A stretch of DNA of 64,000 nucleotides from Squalus acanthias (Eukaryota): the NCBI GenBank assembly GCA_030390025.1, contig CM059438.1:7502001-7566000 (forward strand). Direction: 5' to 3'. Numbering within the stretch: position 1 is the first letter of the stretch; each line of letters starts with the position of its first letter. Below are positions 24,550 through 37,456 of the stretch, one piece after another. The position numbers and the translations under genes were made by a program. A model generated the notes under the pieces. That model was not told the DNA's origin. It searched no databases and saw only the letters and a program-made list of their open reading frames with translations.

Positions 24550-25790
24550 CAGCTTGGCTCAGTGGGTCGCACTCTTGCCTCCGAGTCAGAAGGTTGTGGC
24601 TTCAAGTCCCACTAGAATTGAGCGTGTGAGAAAGAGAAGCTTGCATTTACATCGTGCCTTTCACACCAACTACAACAACAACAACAACTTGTATTTATAT
24701 AGCACCTTTAACGTAGTAAAACGTCCCAAGACGCTTCACAGGAGTATTATAAGACAAAAAAATGAAGTACTTTTGGAGTGGAGTCACTGTTGTAATGTAG
24801 GAAATGCGGCAGCTAATTTGCGCACAGCAAGCTCCCACAAACAGCAATGTGATAATGACCAGATAATCTGTTTTTAGTGATGTTAATTGAGGGATAAATA
24901 TTGGCCAGGACACCGGGGATAACTCCCCTGCTCTTCTTCGAAATAGTGCCACGGGATCTTTTACGTCCACCTGAGAGAGCAGACGGGGCCTCGGTTTAAC
25001 GTCTCATCCGAAAGACAGCACCTCCTACACTGCAGCACTCCCTCAGCACTGCACTGGAGTGTCAGTTGGATTTTGTGCTTCGAGTCTCGGGAGTGGGACT
25101 TGAACTCATTGACCTGCTGACTCAGAGGCGAGAGTGCTGCCCACTGAGTCAAAGCTGACAATGTAATCTAGGCCTCACACTGGTGCTGCATCATTGGATG
25201 TGGTAGCTTTCAGATAAGATGTTAAAATGACGGTCTGTCTGTTGAAGATCCAATGGTGCTATCTGAAGAAGAGTGTGGGAGATCTCCCAATGTCCTGGCC
25301 AACATTTATCCATCAACTAACACCCCCAAAAAACAGATTAAATGGCTATTTATCTCATTGCTCTTTGCAGCATGCAAAATAGCTGCTGTGTTTACCTGCA
25401 AAACAGCAGTGATTACACTTCAAATTGGCTATAAGGTGCTTTGGACCAACAGCAACTTGCATTTATATAGCACCTTTAATGTAGTAAAATGTCCCAAGGT
25501 GTTTCGCAGGAGCGTTATCAGACAAAATTTGACACCGAGCCAAAGAAGGTGACATTAGGATAGATAACCAAAGGCTTGGTCAAAGAGGTAGGCTTTGAGG
25601 AGAATCTTAAAGGTAGAGAGAGAGGTGGAGAGGTTAAGGCAGGGAATTCCAGTGCTTGGGGCCCAGACAGCTGAAGGCATGGTGGCCAATGGTAGAGTGA
25701 AGAAAGTGGTAGGTGGGGGGGGTGCACAAGAGGCCTGAGTTGGAAGAATGCAGAGTTCTCCGAGAGGAAAAGGGTGGTAGGGAATAGGGA
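24550..25790. mobile_element. Nested Deu-SINE copies on both strands plus an L2 3' fragment (-)
   Basis: SINE (-) 24630-25160, older SINE (+) 25170-25445, L2 tail (-) 25446-25790. Confidence 0.8.
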
Positions 25791-26636
25791 GTGCAACATT
25801 GAGGATGCAGGTTAAGGCGCATTGGTGGGGCGCAGAAGTGGAAACTTTACTCTGGATGGGACCTGTGCTACACCCTGGCGGTGCTTGATGCAGACATCTG
25901 GTGTGAAAAGTATTCAACTCTCCTGTACTGATGGTCTCTCATCTTGACGAGAACAAAATTCACTGCAAAAAAGGGACTATAGAAAAAAAAATCGACATTG
26001 CATCTACAGAAGTTTGTGTTGATGCCATTGTGTAGCCACCACCCCGTCACCTGTCCCCCTATTCCGAGCACCGAGAGGGGATTGTGTGACAAAATAACAA
26101 CGCTTCTTCATCTTTAGAAAGCTAGGCTGAAAAGAACAGGTAAACGATTGGAAAAGGGATAGCGCAGCTTGGAGCAAATGACTTTCAGTTCATTTTATAA
26201 AAACCTTAATTAAGTTGCTGTGAAATGAGGGACTCGCAGAGCGATGGCAATTTATTATACAGGCTGTCTTTGTGCTCAATGAGAAGCGATAAAAGTGACT
26301 GGGCAAATGGCAGACAATCATTCTGCAGTTGTTGTTCGTTCTTTCTGCAGGATCTGCTGTGACTGAATTGGGTGTTTTCTACTTTGTGGGGAAGCAAACT
26401 GGTGCATAAAAAACACCAGCTCTGATTAACAGCGATCCTCCTACATTAGATTAGCATGAAGAATGCATATTTTATACAACAGTTAATGCTCCAGAGAGCT
26501 AGAACATTATTGCGAATATGAATTACCCAGTGTTACAGCTCCGCGTTATAAATTACTTTCTCGTAAGTAAACATATCATACGTCAGGGCTAAAATGCTGA
26601 AACCATTTCATTTTACTTTTTAAATTTTAATTTCAG

Positions 26637-26736
26637 GTCGACTGACTATGGGACGACCTATGAAAAGCTCAATGACAAAGTGGGCCTCAAAACCGTGCTG
26701 AGCTACCTGTACGTCTGTCCCACCAACAAGAGGAAG
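26637..26736 (+). CDS. SORCS1: Internal exon of a VPS10-domain receptor SorCS (SORCS1-like, SORCS3 not excluded)
   Basis: Pyrimidine tract and tttcag acceptor, AAG|gtaaaa donor, 100 bp, phase 2 to 0. Encodes (R)STDYGTTYEKLNDKVGLKTVLSYLYVCPTNKRK with an Asp-box SxDxGxTY. From memory, YVCP fits SORCS1 and TVLS fits SORCS3. Confidence 0.9.
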
Positions 26737-27009
26737 GTAAAACAATCCATTCGCAAGACAAGAGATGCCGTTCAGGGGAGGGAGGCCAGGGGTCTCCCCT
26801 TAAATCAATATAAATAGAGAATGTCCTTGACACGCTGAGAAGTGAAGTCACTGTCATTAATTTACGTTGCTGGTTTCCAAGGCAGAGCAGCTATTGTGTA
26901 TTCTCTTTACTGCCTGTCTTATTAGCGGCGATTGTCAAAGGAAACAGACTGGTTGCCCACCTTCTGGACAAAGTTGTCTGCAGTAGATCTATTTCTATTA
27001 GCAAAAACA

Positions 27010-27530
27010 TATGCTAGAATAGTACCTCTTTGAAGAACAGTGTATTATTACCTGGGGGGGTAGTATGTCTTTATGAAACAGTGTATGGCAGTATTAATAA
27101 AATCTTCGAGTACTGTACTTCTAAAACAGGGTGTGTTATTATCTAAAGGAGTCATATATCCCTTCATGAAATGCAGTGTGTTATATAGAAGTGTAGTATA
27201 CCTTTGTGATAAGGAGGCCGAGATTATGCTAGGGGATCAATACGAACGCTTAATGCATTTGACTGAAGTCCTCTCTTTGCTCTTTTAGTTATACAAATGA
27301 ATCGAAACTAAATTAGCAGAAAGAAGACTTTGAGACAAAAGTGCTACCAGTTCGAGTAATCTGAATGGCCAGAGTGTGTTATTCTATAATGTCAAGCACA
27401 GTGTGTGATTATATACTCGACACAGGAGTGTTGTATATCTGTCAAACACAGGGTATAATTATATAAAATACACGGGTGTATTATACATCTGGAAAAGGCA
27501 GCATGTTATTGTACAAAAGTGTTATACAAC
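27010..27530. repeat. Highly degenerate tandem repeat (acagtgtgttatata-like units)
   Basis: Recurrent acagtgt/gtgttat/tatac blocks at roughly 25-45 bp spacing. Confidence 0.5.
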
Positions 27531-27764
27531 TGCAGCTGTAAAGTTCCGGTACACTTGGACTGAGAGAGGCACACCGCACCTTGATTGCACTGCTCCTGTC
27601 CACGGCAGGGAAAAACAGCTGCTCAATGTTTAGGAGTGCGTCGCGTACTCTAGAGTTCAGTAATAGATGTAAATCACTGGAGCTTCACTCTTGTGGGCTA
27701 TGAGACCAGTCAGAAACTGGTGTATATGTCAGAACCTATGAAACATGCATTTGCTGTTTAATTA

Positions 27765-28205
27765 GTGTCGGCTACATTCAGTTGGTAGCGCTCTCTCACC
27801 TTTGAGTCAGAAGTCACACACCACTACGGATTTGAGCACATAATCTAGGCTGACACTCCAGTGCAGTACTGAAGAAGGGTTGCATTATTGAGACTTGCCA
27901 TCTTTTGGAGGAGATATTAGACTGCGTGCTTGCTCAGGTGGTTGTAGAAGATCCCACGGTACCTTTTCAAGAAGAGCTCTCCCTCCGACTTGGGCAACGT
28001 TCTTCCCACAAATGTCACACCATCAAAAACAGATGAACTGGTCATTTATCTCGCTGCTGTTTGCAGGACCTTACTGTGTGCGAATTGACTGACTTGTCAG
28101 CCTGCGTAATAACAATGACTGCACTTCAAAAAAGTAATTCATGGGCTGCAAACTGCCTCTAGATATTCCACGGCCATGAAAAATGCAAGTTTGTTCTTCT
28201 TTCTT
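27765..28205 (+). mobile_element. Older Deu-domain SINE
   Basis: Diverged head, core and tail. Confidence 0.8.
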
Positions 28206-28560
28206 AAGGAGTTGCATGGATTTCAGTTGTTCCATTTGAAGTCCACTATCAGATCTGTGAAATGTGAATTTCAGAAGGTCAGTTGGGATCAGGCCATCTA
28301 ATAGATGTTGTATAGCTGGGGCTGAAGTGCTCCACAGTTGGGTAGTCCCAGAAATCACCAGGGTCTGTTTTGGAATTTCCCCCTGCCATTGTTTCCCTCG
28401 TTTTCCTTCCCCAAATAGTTTACCCCATTGTCACTATTGAAACCAATACCTGTCTCTAATCGCCAATGGTGTTAGATGACACAAATCCTCTGATCCCCAT
28501 TGATATACACCTCGTTAATTTCCGCGCATTTCACACACGCAGATGAAGTGTGTAAACAAT

Positions 28561-29322
28561 GGCCCAGAAATTAGGCTCCCTGGCTTCCCGCGGGTGCAAG
28601 GATCCCATGCGCACATACCTACCGCGCCTGCCGTTGACCTCTGGGCCCACGGGGACTTCAGCTCCTGGGCCTTCCCCAGCTGCCGGCGCGCAGTGCTTGT
28701 GTATCCCAGGGGCGTATTTAGTGTGATGCGTCCCCTGGGATCACGTGGACCATGGAGAGCCAATGGCAGCAGACCATCTTTCATTCATAGATTTGACAGG
28801 ACCTGTCAAATCGATGAATTGAAATCGGCCCCAAAACAACTCCTAAACTTCAAATAATTTTTTTTAAAAACCATCCCATTTTTAAAATAACTATAAGTTA
28901 AATAAATTAACTACTTTAAACAAAAATTAAAATTTTTGAAAAATTTAAAATACTTTTTAACAGTGCTAAAAATAAACTTACCTTTCTTTAAAATATCTAA
29001 AAAAGATAAACCTGTTGAAATTTTTTTTAAATTGTAATTAATTAACCACTTACCTTGTTGAAAACGGGTCTTGCGCCTCCTTTTTAAAAGCGCAGCTTCT
29101 TCAATACTTACCTCCCGGAGAAACCTGAAAAAAACCCTAAGTTTGCTGTGTGCGCGCAGCCTCTACCGCGCACGCGGTTCACCTCTGAACCGCTCCCTTC
29201 ACCAGACCGGAAGTTCCGGTTTCCCGTGCATGCGCAGTGCATGCAGGAAACCGGCACTTCAGGAGGCCTTACGGGTGAGTACAGAGCGCGTACTCACCCG
29301 GGAAGGGCCGAATTTTTGGCCC
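28561..29322. mobile_element. Harbinger-type MITE (762 bp) with AT-rich centre
   Basis: TIRs ggcccagaaatt / aatttttggccc, TSD AAT/AAT. Close second copy at 53679-54445. Confidence 0.88.
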
Positions 29323-29459
29323 AATGAGATGCAAAGGGATTTCGTAACTGAACTCATCTCAATTCCTTGATCAGAGAACTTTGCTGAAGCTCTAAATACA
29401 GACGAGAGGTTAAACACAGTGGACTGCTTTTCAACAGTTTAAAAGGCACAGTTTTTACA

Positions 29460-30845
29460 AAGAAAGAAAAAAAATTGTATTTATATAGCACCTTTCACAA
29501 CCTCAGGACACTCCAAAGCGCTTTACAGCCAATGAAGCACTTTTGAAATGTAGTCACTGTCACAATGGATTGTGGGTTCAAGTCCCACTCCAGGGACTTC
29601 AGCCCAAAAATCTAGGCTGACACTCCAGTGTAGTGCTGAGGGAGTGCTGCACTGTCGGAGGTGCCGTTTTTTGGATGAGACGTTAAACCGAGGCCCTGTC
29701 TGCTCTCTCAGGTGGACGGAAAAGATCCCATGACACCATTTCAAAGAAGAGCAGGTGTCATGGGGTCTACATTACAGCAGTGACTACACTCCAAAAGTAC
29801 TTAATTGGCTGTAAAGCACTTTGAGATGTCCGGTGATCGTGAAAGGCGCTATATAAATGCAAGTCTTTCTTTCAATGTAGGATATGTGGCAGCGAAATTG
29901 CACACAGCAAGCTCCCACAAACAGCAATGTGATAATGACCAGATAATCTGTTTTTAGAGATATTGGTTGAGGGAGAAATATTGACCAGGACACGAGAGAG
30001 AACTCTCGTGCTCTGCTTTGAAATAGTGCCATGGGATCTTTTACATCCACCTGAGAGAGTAGACGGGGCCTCGGTTTAACATTTCATCCGAAAGTGCAGC
30101 ACTCCCTCAGCACTGCACTGAAATGTCAACCTAGATTAAGGACTCAAAGGGCGCGAAATTCGGTAGCGGCCCGTTTCGGCCGCAAAATTTGCCTTACCGC
30201 CCCACGCAGGAAGTGGAGCGCCATGTCGGGCATGCCACTTCCTGGTGGGGCGGTAACCAAGGCGATGTCGGGGCACGATCGGCAGCGTTCCGCGGCGCAC
30301 TGCCGCATTTCAACGCCCCTCCCCTTCAGTTAAAGGGGAGGGCCGCTGCGCCCTCTGCAGGGCCTCCGATGGCCCCAACTAGGCCACCAGGGCGGCGTGG
30401 TCCCATGGCAGCAGCCCAGCACCGAAACGTGGTGCCGGGCTGCGTGGTGGTGGCCAGGACCACGCCACGGCACACCACGGAGGGCCGACCTGGAGGTCGG
30501 ACAGAAAAAGAAAATGGCGGCGCGGGTCGCGGCCGCACCTCCCCTTTAACTACCGCCCCTCGAGTGGAAGTCGGCCTGGCTCGCGACACCGGCGCTGATA
30601 CCGCCCGCGGCAGCCTCGCGGGGTGCAGCCGAATTTCTGCCGTGGGGCGGTAAGGGGACGCGGCGGGGCGCTAAGGGGTGGCCGCGCACGGTGATGATGT
30701 AATCGGCGGAGCCATGGCGGACTGGGGCACTACCGGTGGGGGCGCGGCGCTATCGGGTAGCGCCTCAGCAATGCCCCGCCGAATTGAACGCACAACCTTC
30801 TGACTCTGAGGCATGAGTGCTGTCAACTGAGCCACGGCTGACACC
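29460..30845. mobile_element. Nested Deu-SINEs in both orientations
   Basis: Tail (-) 29460-29565, copy (+) 29570-29875, copy (-) 29875-30845 interrupted at 30149. Confidence 0.8.
30149..30786. mobile_element. CpG-rich Harbinger-type MITE inside a SINE
   Basis: Left end gggcgcgaaattcgg, partial right end ccgaatt. SINE sequence resumes afterwards. Confidence 0.65.
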
Positions 30846-31129
30846 TTAACAAAGACTGTCAGTTTCGCACAAGTATTTTAAAAATGTTTATTATATTGAA
30901 TTCGAGATGACCCCAAACTTTGGGTGGACTTGCCGCAGAATCTACATTCTCATATTGCAGACTCTGTAGAAATTGGCCTTGAGGTTCCACAGAAATCATG
31001 TTTCCCTGTACAGCAGATATAATCCAATCAAATGAAAAGGGGATGAAAATAATTCCAGAGAAATTTGGGGACTCCATTATTCAAATGGCTTTTAGGCCTG
31101 CTGATGCTCATGAGGTTAAAAAGTATCCT

Positions 31130-32575
31130 GTTCTATAGGAACAGGAGTAGGCCATTCAGCCCCTTGAGCCTGTTCCACCATTAAATTAGATCATGGATGA
31201 TCTGTAACTCAACTACATCTGCCTACCTTGATTCCCTAACCTTTAATACCCTTGTCTAACAAAAATCTATCAATCTCGGTTTTTACATTTTCAATTGACC
31301 TAACTTCAACAACTTTTTGGGAGCAAGAGTTCCAGATTTCCACTACGCTTTTTTGTGAAGAAGTGCTTCTTTGACATCACCCCTGAACAGCCTAGCTCTA
31401 ATTTTAAGGGTATGCCCTCTTGTTCTGGACTCCCCCCACCAGAGGAAACAGTTTTTATCCACGTTATCAAATCCTTTAATCGTCTTAAACATCTCAATTA
31501 GATCATCCCTTAATCTTCTGTACTCAAGGGAATACAAGCCTAGTCTACGCAACCTGTCCTCATAATTTAACCCTTTTAGCCCTGGCTTCATTCTGGTGAA
31601 TCTGCGCTGCACCCCCTCCATGGCCAACCTATCCTTCCTGAGGTAAGGTGCCCAGAACTGGACGCAGTGCTCTAAATGGCGTCTAACCAGAGCTTTATAT
31701 AACTGTAACATAACTTCTACCCTTTGTATTCCAGCAGGATGAAGGCCAACATTCCATTAGCATTTGAAATTATTTTTTTGTATCTGTCCACTAGCTTTTA
31801 GTGATTTCTGTACTTGAACCTTTATAATCTCTCTGGTCCTTCACAGTTCCTAGCTTCTTGTCATTTAGAAAATACACTGATCTATCTTTCTTAGGTCCAA
31901 AGTGCATGACCTCACACTTCCCCACAATGAACTCCATCTGACACAGTTTTGCCCACTCACTTAATCTATCAATGTCCCTTTGCAAATTTCTACTCCCATC
32001 TACACTATTTACAGTGACACCTAATTTAGTGTCATCAGCAAACTCGGATATATGGCTCTCTATTCCTTCGTCTAAGTCATTTATAACTATAGTGAAAAGT
32101 TGAGGCCCCAGTACAGATCCCTGAGGGACACTGCTTGTCACATCCTGCCAATTGGAATACATACCCATTACCCCTACTCTCTATCTCCTACCTCCTAACC
32201 AGTTCCCTGCCCATGTCAATAGATTGCTTCCAATTCCATGTGCTCTCATTTTTGTTAATAGTCTCTTACGTGTAACCTTCTGGAAGTCCATATGAATAAC
32301 ATCCATAGACACTCCCTTATCTACCACGTTAGTGACATTCTCAAAAAATATAATTAGGTTATGCATGACTTATCCTTTACAAATTCATGCCAGCTCTCTC
32401 TGATCAGTTCATATTTATCCAAGAGTTCAGTCCATGTGTCCCTAATAACAGGTTCTATTAACTTCCCCACAACAGGCGTTAGACTAATAGGCCTATATTT
32501 TCCTAATTTATCTCTCCTACCCTTCTTAAATAATGGAGAGACAATGGCAATTTTCCAATCCAAGGGGACAATTCC
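31130..32575 (-). mobile_element. CR1 LINE with degraded RT
   Basis: YRPISLT, QGSVLGP, FADD and LYKALVRRHLE motifs in frameshifted ORFs. Confidence 0.93.
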
Positions 32576-32774
32576 AACCCTTTGTCAGTGGCACTCTTTG
32601 AACAGCAGTAGGAGGTGCAAAACAGTAGGTGGCAGTGGGGGTGACTGAGTTTTGTATCAATCCCAATGCGACTAGCTAAGGGAGGAAGACGAGTATAAAA
32701 AGATGAAGATGAAAGATTGGGCAAGCAGAAGAAATGCTTACAGAGCTTTGTATATAACTGTGAAAGCGACAAAA

Positions 32775-33395
32775 AAGGAATCATAAATAGAGGTATTGAG
32801 TACAAAAGTAGAGAAGTTATGCTGAACCTTTATAAAGCGCTGGTTAGACCACAACTGGAGTATTGCGTCCAGTTCTGGTCACCACACTTTAGGAAGGATG
32901 TGAAGGCCCTTGAGAGGGTGCAGAGGAGATTTACCAGAATGGTTCCGGGGATGGGGGATCTTAGCTACAAGGACAGGTTGGAGAAGCTGGATTTGTTTTC
33001 ATTAGAGCAAAGGAGGTTGAGGGGTGAGTTGATAGAGTGTACAAGATTATGACGGGTTTGGATAGGCTAGACGGGGAAAGGCTGTTCCCACTAGTTGATG
33101 GCACAAGGACTTGGGGACACCGATTTAAGGTTTTGGGCAAGGGATACAGGGGGGGATGTGAGGAAAAACTCTTTTACGCAGCGAGTGGTGAGGACCTGGA
33201 ACTCGCTGCCGACGGAAGTGGTGGAAGCGGAGACACTCAGTGTTTTCAAGGGGAGACTGGATAGGCACGTGAGGGAAATAAACTTGCAGGGCTATGGGCA
33301 TAGAGCGGGGGAATGGGACTGACTGGATTGCTCTACAGAGAGCCGGCACGGACTTGATGGGCCGAATGGCCTCCTTCTGTGCCGTTAGGACTCTA
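32775..33395 (+). mobile_element. CR1 LINE 3' fragment
   Basis: LYKALVRPQLEYCVQFWSP and [13 protein letters not shown]. Confidence 0.93.
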
Positions 33396-35002
33396 AAGCT
33401 TCCCTACCCGAACAGCTGTGCTTAACATCTCGAAGTAAATCAGGGAGATTTGTAGGACAATGATTCTGACAGGGGAAGCCTTTGAATTGTTAGACCACGC
33501 GCCTGGTCTTGCTGGGAAAATAGCACCGTATTTCAGTCTTCCTTCCAATGTGGTTGAGAAATGAAATTTCAGAGGCGAATACCTCAGGGAGGAGATTACA
33601 TGCTTTGAAAAGGCTAACTTGTCTCCTCGAGTTCTGGAAACAAGCATCAAATTGCTGTTGCCATAATCCTTCTCTTTGACTGTATACTACACTGGATTAT
33701 ATTGCCTTTATAGCATTTTAAACATGTGCATAATACATAGCAAGCACTCCATAAATGGCTTTTTCAAAACCTCGCCTGAAACTTATTGCAACTCAGCTGC
33801 ATAATAATACCAGAATAATGAATGTCAGAGCAAAATATACATACATACTGAAATGGTCTGGAACGGGAGCTATTCCTTGTATAATCATAGAATGATACAG
33901 CACAGAAGAAGGCCATTTGGCCGATCGTGCATGTGTCGGCTCTTTGAGAGAGCTATCCAATTAGTCCCATTGCTCTTTCCCCATAGTCCTGTAATTTTTT
34001 TCCCTTCAAGTATTTATCCAATTCCCTTTTGAAAGTTACTATTGAATCTGCTTCCACCGCCCTTTCAGGCAGCGCATTCTCGATCGCAACAACTCGCTGC
34101 GGAATCATTTTTGTCCTCATGTCGCCTCTGGCTCTTTTGCCAATCACCTTAAATCTGTGTCCTCTGGTTACCGGCCCTTCTGCCACCGGAAACAAGTTCT
34201 CCTTATTTACTGTATTGAAACCCCTCATAATTTTGAACACCTCTATTAAATCTCCTCTTATCCTTCTCTGCTCTAAGGAGAACAGCCCCAGCTTCTCCAG
34301 TCTCTCCACATAACTGAAGTCCCTCATCCCTGGTACCATTCTAGTAAATCTCTTCTGCACCCTCTCTAAGGCCTTGACATCCTTCCTAAAGTGTGGTGCC
34401 CAGAATTGAACACAATACCCAAGGTCTAACCAGTGCTTTATAAAGGTTAAGTATAACTTCTTGGTTTTGCACTCTGTGGGCTCGATTTTGCCAGGCCCGA
34501 GGAGGCGGAATTGGAGGTGTGTGAGGTGGTAAAATCGCAAAAAGTGGCAGGCGGGCTCGATCCCGCCTCTATCCCGCCTCCGAGCAATTTTCCCAAATGC
34601 GTGTTTTCTGACCCCATTTCCATCCCGGCTCCAAGAGGCGGGATAGGCCCTTCAGGCCCTTAACAACCAGTTAAGTGCCTCTATAATCCCATTTTGTGAG
34701 GCTTTTCTGATTTTCCCACTTTTCCCACGTCCTGCACGTCTCCTCTGGAACACGCCAGTGAATCCTGGCGGCCTCACAAGTGGACTGCTTACTAACAGCT
34801 GCAGCTCCACCATTACAAAGGAGTTTTCAGCAATCATCATTTGCAGGTGGCAGAACTTTGTTGTCTCAGGTCTGGGGGAACTTTTAGCAGGCCATTGTTG
34901 TGGAAGTTTGGAGCCTGACACCCATCTCCAGTGTGACCTCCTGGGAAACCCCTCTCGCCACCTTGACTGAGCGCTTCCTCAACTGAGGCATATACCAGAA
35001 GC

Positions 35003-35229
35003 ATGGGAACCATTTATTTCCTTTCCTCCTGGACATCAGATTCGGACCAAGACCAGCCGCAGCAGCAGCAGAACCATGAACAACAGCACCACCAACAGCA
35101 GCAGCAACAACAGGAGCGCCAAGCTGCTGCTCACCCACCTGAAGCTGCACAGGCCAGAAGGCGCCAGCGCGCGACCACATTGCTGCCCGGGATGCAAGGG
35201 ACACACTCATCTTGGCCAGATTTGCTTAG
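35003..35229 (+). pseudogene. Harbinger transposase remnant: N-terminal leader joined to the C-terminal tail
   Basis: MGTIY...Q-rich leader followed in a shifted frame by DHIAARDARDTLILARFA*, which resembles HARBI1-like C-termini (from memory). No DDE core between them. Confidence 0.6.
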
Positions 35230-35487
35230 CCTGCACAATCAAACACTTTTGCCTCACACCTTCTTATCAGACCATCGACAATGGCCAAGAACCTGCAGAT
35301 TCCTATCACTCTGACCACCATACTGACAATTGCAAGTTGCCCTAAGCCCTCAATGTGGAAGTCCCATTAGCGAAATGACACACGCCACAACTGCAACAGT
35401 TTGCCATCTGAATTTTTTATGACAATAAGCAACTGATGGCTTTTCAAAATTAAACACAACATTATACCCAAGTGACTACCCTTGTGA

Positions 35488-37456
35488 CTACTTGTGCATT
35501 ATCTTCCTCTTACGCATGCTCCTACGTGGTGCTTCCCCTGTGGCTTCAGCAGATGTGGAGGCCCCTTGCTCACTTTCTTGCTGCTCCTGTCTTGACACCT
35601 TTGGTGGACGTCCTCTGGGGTTGCGAGCCTGTGAGGGCTCGCCAACAGTCTGCTGCTCCTGCGGCTGTGCAGGGGTTGAGATGCCGATCTCAGTTGGATG
35701 GGGACTCTGGTGGGGCTCTGACCGAGGGCTCTGCAGTGGCATGGTCGTGTGAGCGCTTGGAGAGGAGCCCCCACTTCCTTGTTGTATGCCACCAACATCC
35801 CTCTCATGGGTCAGCCCCACTTCAGAGCTAGCAAGTGGCTGGACAGCTCCTTGCTGCACTGCAGGGGGGCCATGAGGACCCGTTTCTGCACTGGAAGCCC
35901 TACTCCAGAGGACTTGCATGAAGGTCTGGTTTGTTTGCTCAATAGCTGACCATCGCTCCTCAAGAGATGTCAGTCTATTCTGAACAATTACCATGTTTTC
36001 CATACCCTGGCGACTAAGCTCCTCCATGGACGTAGCCATCCTGTCCTCTACCGTAGCCATCCTGTCCTCTATGGTAGCCAGCCTTACCATGGAAGTAGCC
36101 ATCCTTTCCAAGGAGGTTGCCATCCTTTCCGCGGTGATGCGTTCATGCGCCAACACCTCCACAAAGGCTCTGCTCATGTTAGCGATGGACTCCTCCATTT
36201 GCTCCACACTCGCAGCGACCCTGGAGACAAAACCTGCCAGAGACTCCTGCACCTGTTCCTGGAGTTCCAGCACTGCTCTCCTTCTGGATGGACCCGGAGG
36301 CACAGGGTCGACATGCAGCGGAGCCGAGCTGGGAGCGTCCTCTCCAGTGCGATGAAGACTGTCTCCACCATCTGCTGATGCTCACTTGTGAGCTGTGATA
36401 CACCAGGTGACAACTCTACTCTATGTCCCGAAGGTCCCACCGAGGTGTGAGTGTCTGCGCTGGTGCTGGGTGCGCTTAATTCTGCTGACGGAGCGCCCTC
36501 AGAGGTTGCAGCTTCCTCTGAGGAGTCTGGAAGCTCAGGCTCTTTCTCCTGGACAGTGGGGATGGGGGCTCTCGATGTTCCTGTGGGGGAGTAAAGGAAA
36601 GAGTTAGAGATGTGAGGTAAAGGTTGCATGCACATTGAATTGTGCAGATGATCATAAGTCAATCTGTTAGAGCATCTGAATCATTATCAGTCACTCATGC
36701 AATGTCAATGAGAGAGATGCCAAACTATTCTGTCACCAGCTTGCTGTGATGCGCCCGCCTGTCGGTCCCCCACTTGGGAATCCTCCTCGATCCCGGCAAT
36801 TTCCAGGGCCGCCTCCTCCGAGGTGGTGAGCTGGGCTACTGAGGGTGGCCCTCCTCCTGTCCTCGCTCTTTCCCTCTTATTGTGGGCTCTCTTTTCCTGC
36901 AATGAGGGACACAAGTGGAGTTTGAGTGAGAATGAAGGAGTGAGTTTAGAGAATGCATAGCATAGATGCTTAGAAGGAGACAAAGGGCCCTCTCTGTGTG
37001 TTGTAAGTTGTTGTCATTGCGTCACAGTGATAGGGAGTGTGAGGGCTGCATGGTCGAATAGTTAAGTGAATGTGACCATAGAGAGAGAGGGAATGGGTAA
37101 GGGTGCAGGGATGTAAGTGTCAAGTGGCATGTGGAGGAAGAGGTTGGCAAAGCTGAGTGCTGGTGAGGAGAGGCGATGGGGATCAGATTGAGGGTGATGG
37201 GAAAGTCATACTCACTTTTCCTGTGCGGAGAAGGTCATGAAACCTCTTCCTGAACTGCAGCCAGGTTCTGCGGCACATAGAGATGGCATTGACTTCCTGG
37301 GCCACTTGTAGCCACACAGCTTTAGTCTGTTGTGGTGGCTTTTTTTCTCCCTGAGGAAGGGAAGAGCACCTCCTTATTAGATCTTGCTCCCTGCACCAGA
37401 GCTTGGAGGGAGGGCTCATCAAAGCGAGGTGCACACTTTTGCTAGCTGGTGGACAT
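35488..37456 (-). pseudogene. Three-exon Myb/SANT-like (MSANTD/NAIF1-type) DNA-binding gene of the Harbinger element
   Basis: Exons 37456-37216, 36896-36737 and 36580-35488 with GT-AG introns. Motifs APRF...W..VA..VNA...RTW.Q.RKRF.DL and RERARTGGGPP, a coiled coil and a basic RRSMRKRK end. One early stop and two frameshifts. Confidence 0.85.

Noticed and set aside
30189-30653. 154-aa ORF
   Set aside because: Stop-poor because of extreme GC content inside a MITE, with ORFs in several overlapping frames.
35488-36303. 271-aa coiled-coil ORF as an independent host gene
   Set aside because: It is the distal part of exon 3 of the transposon Myb gene, inside the TIRs and TSD.
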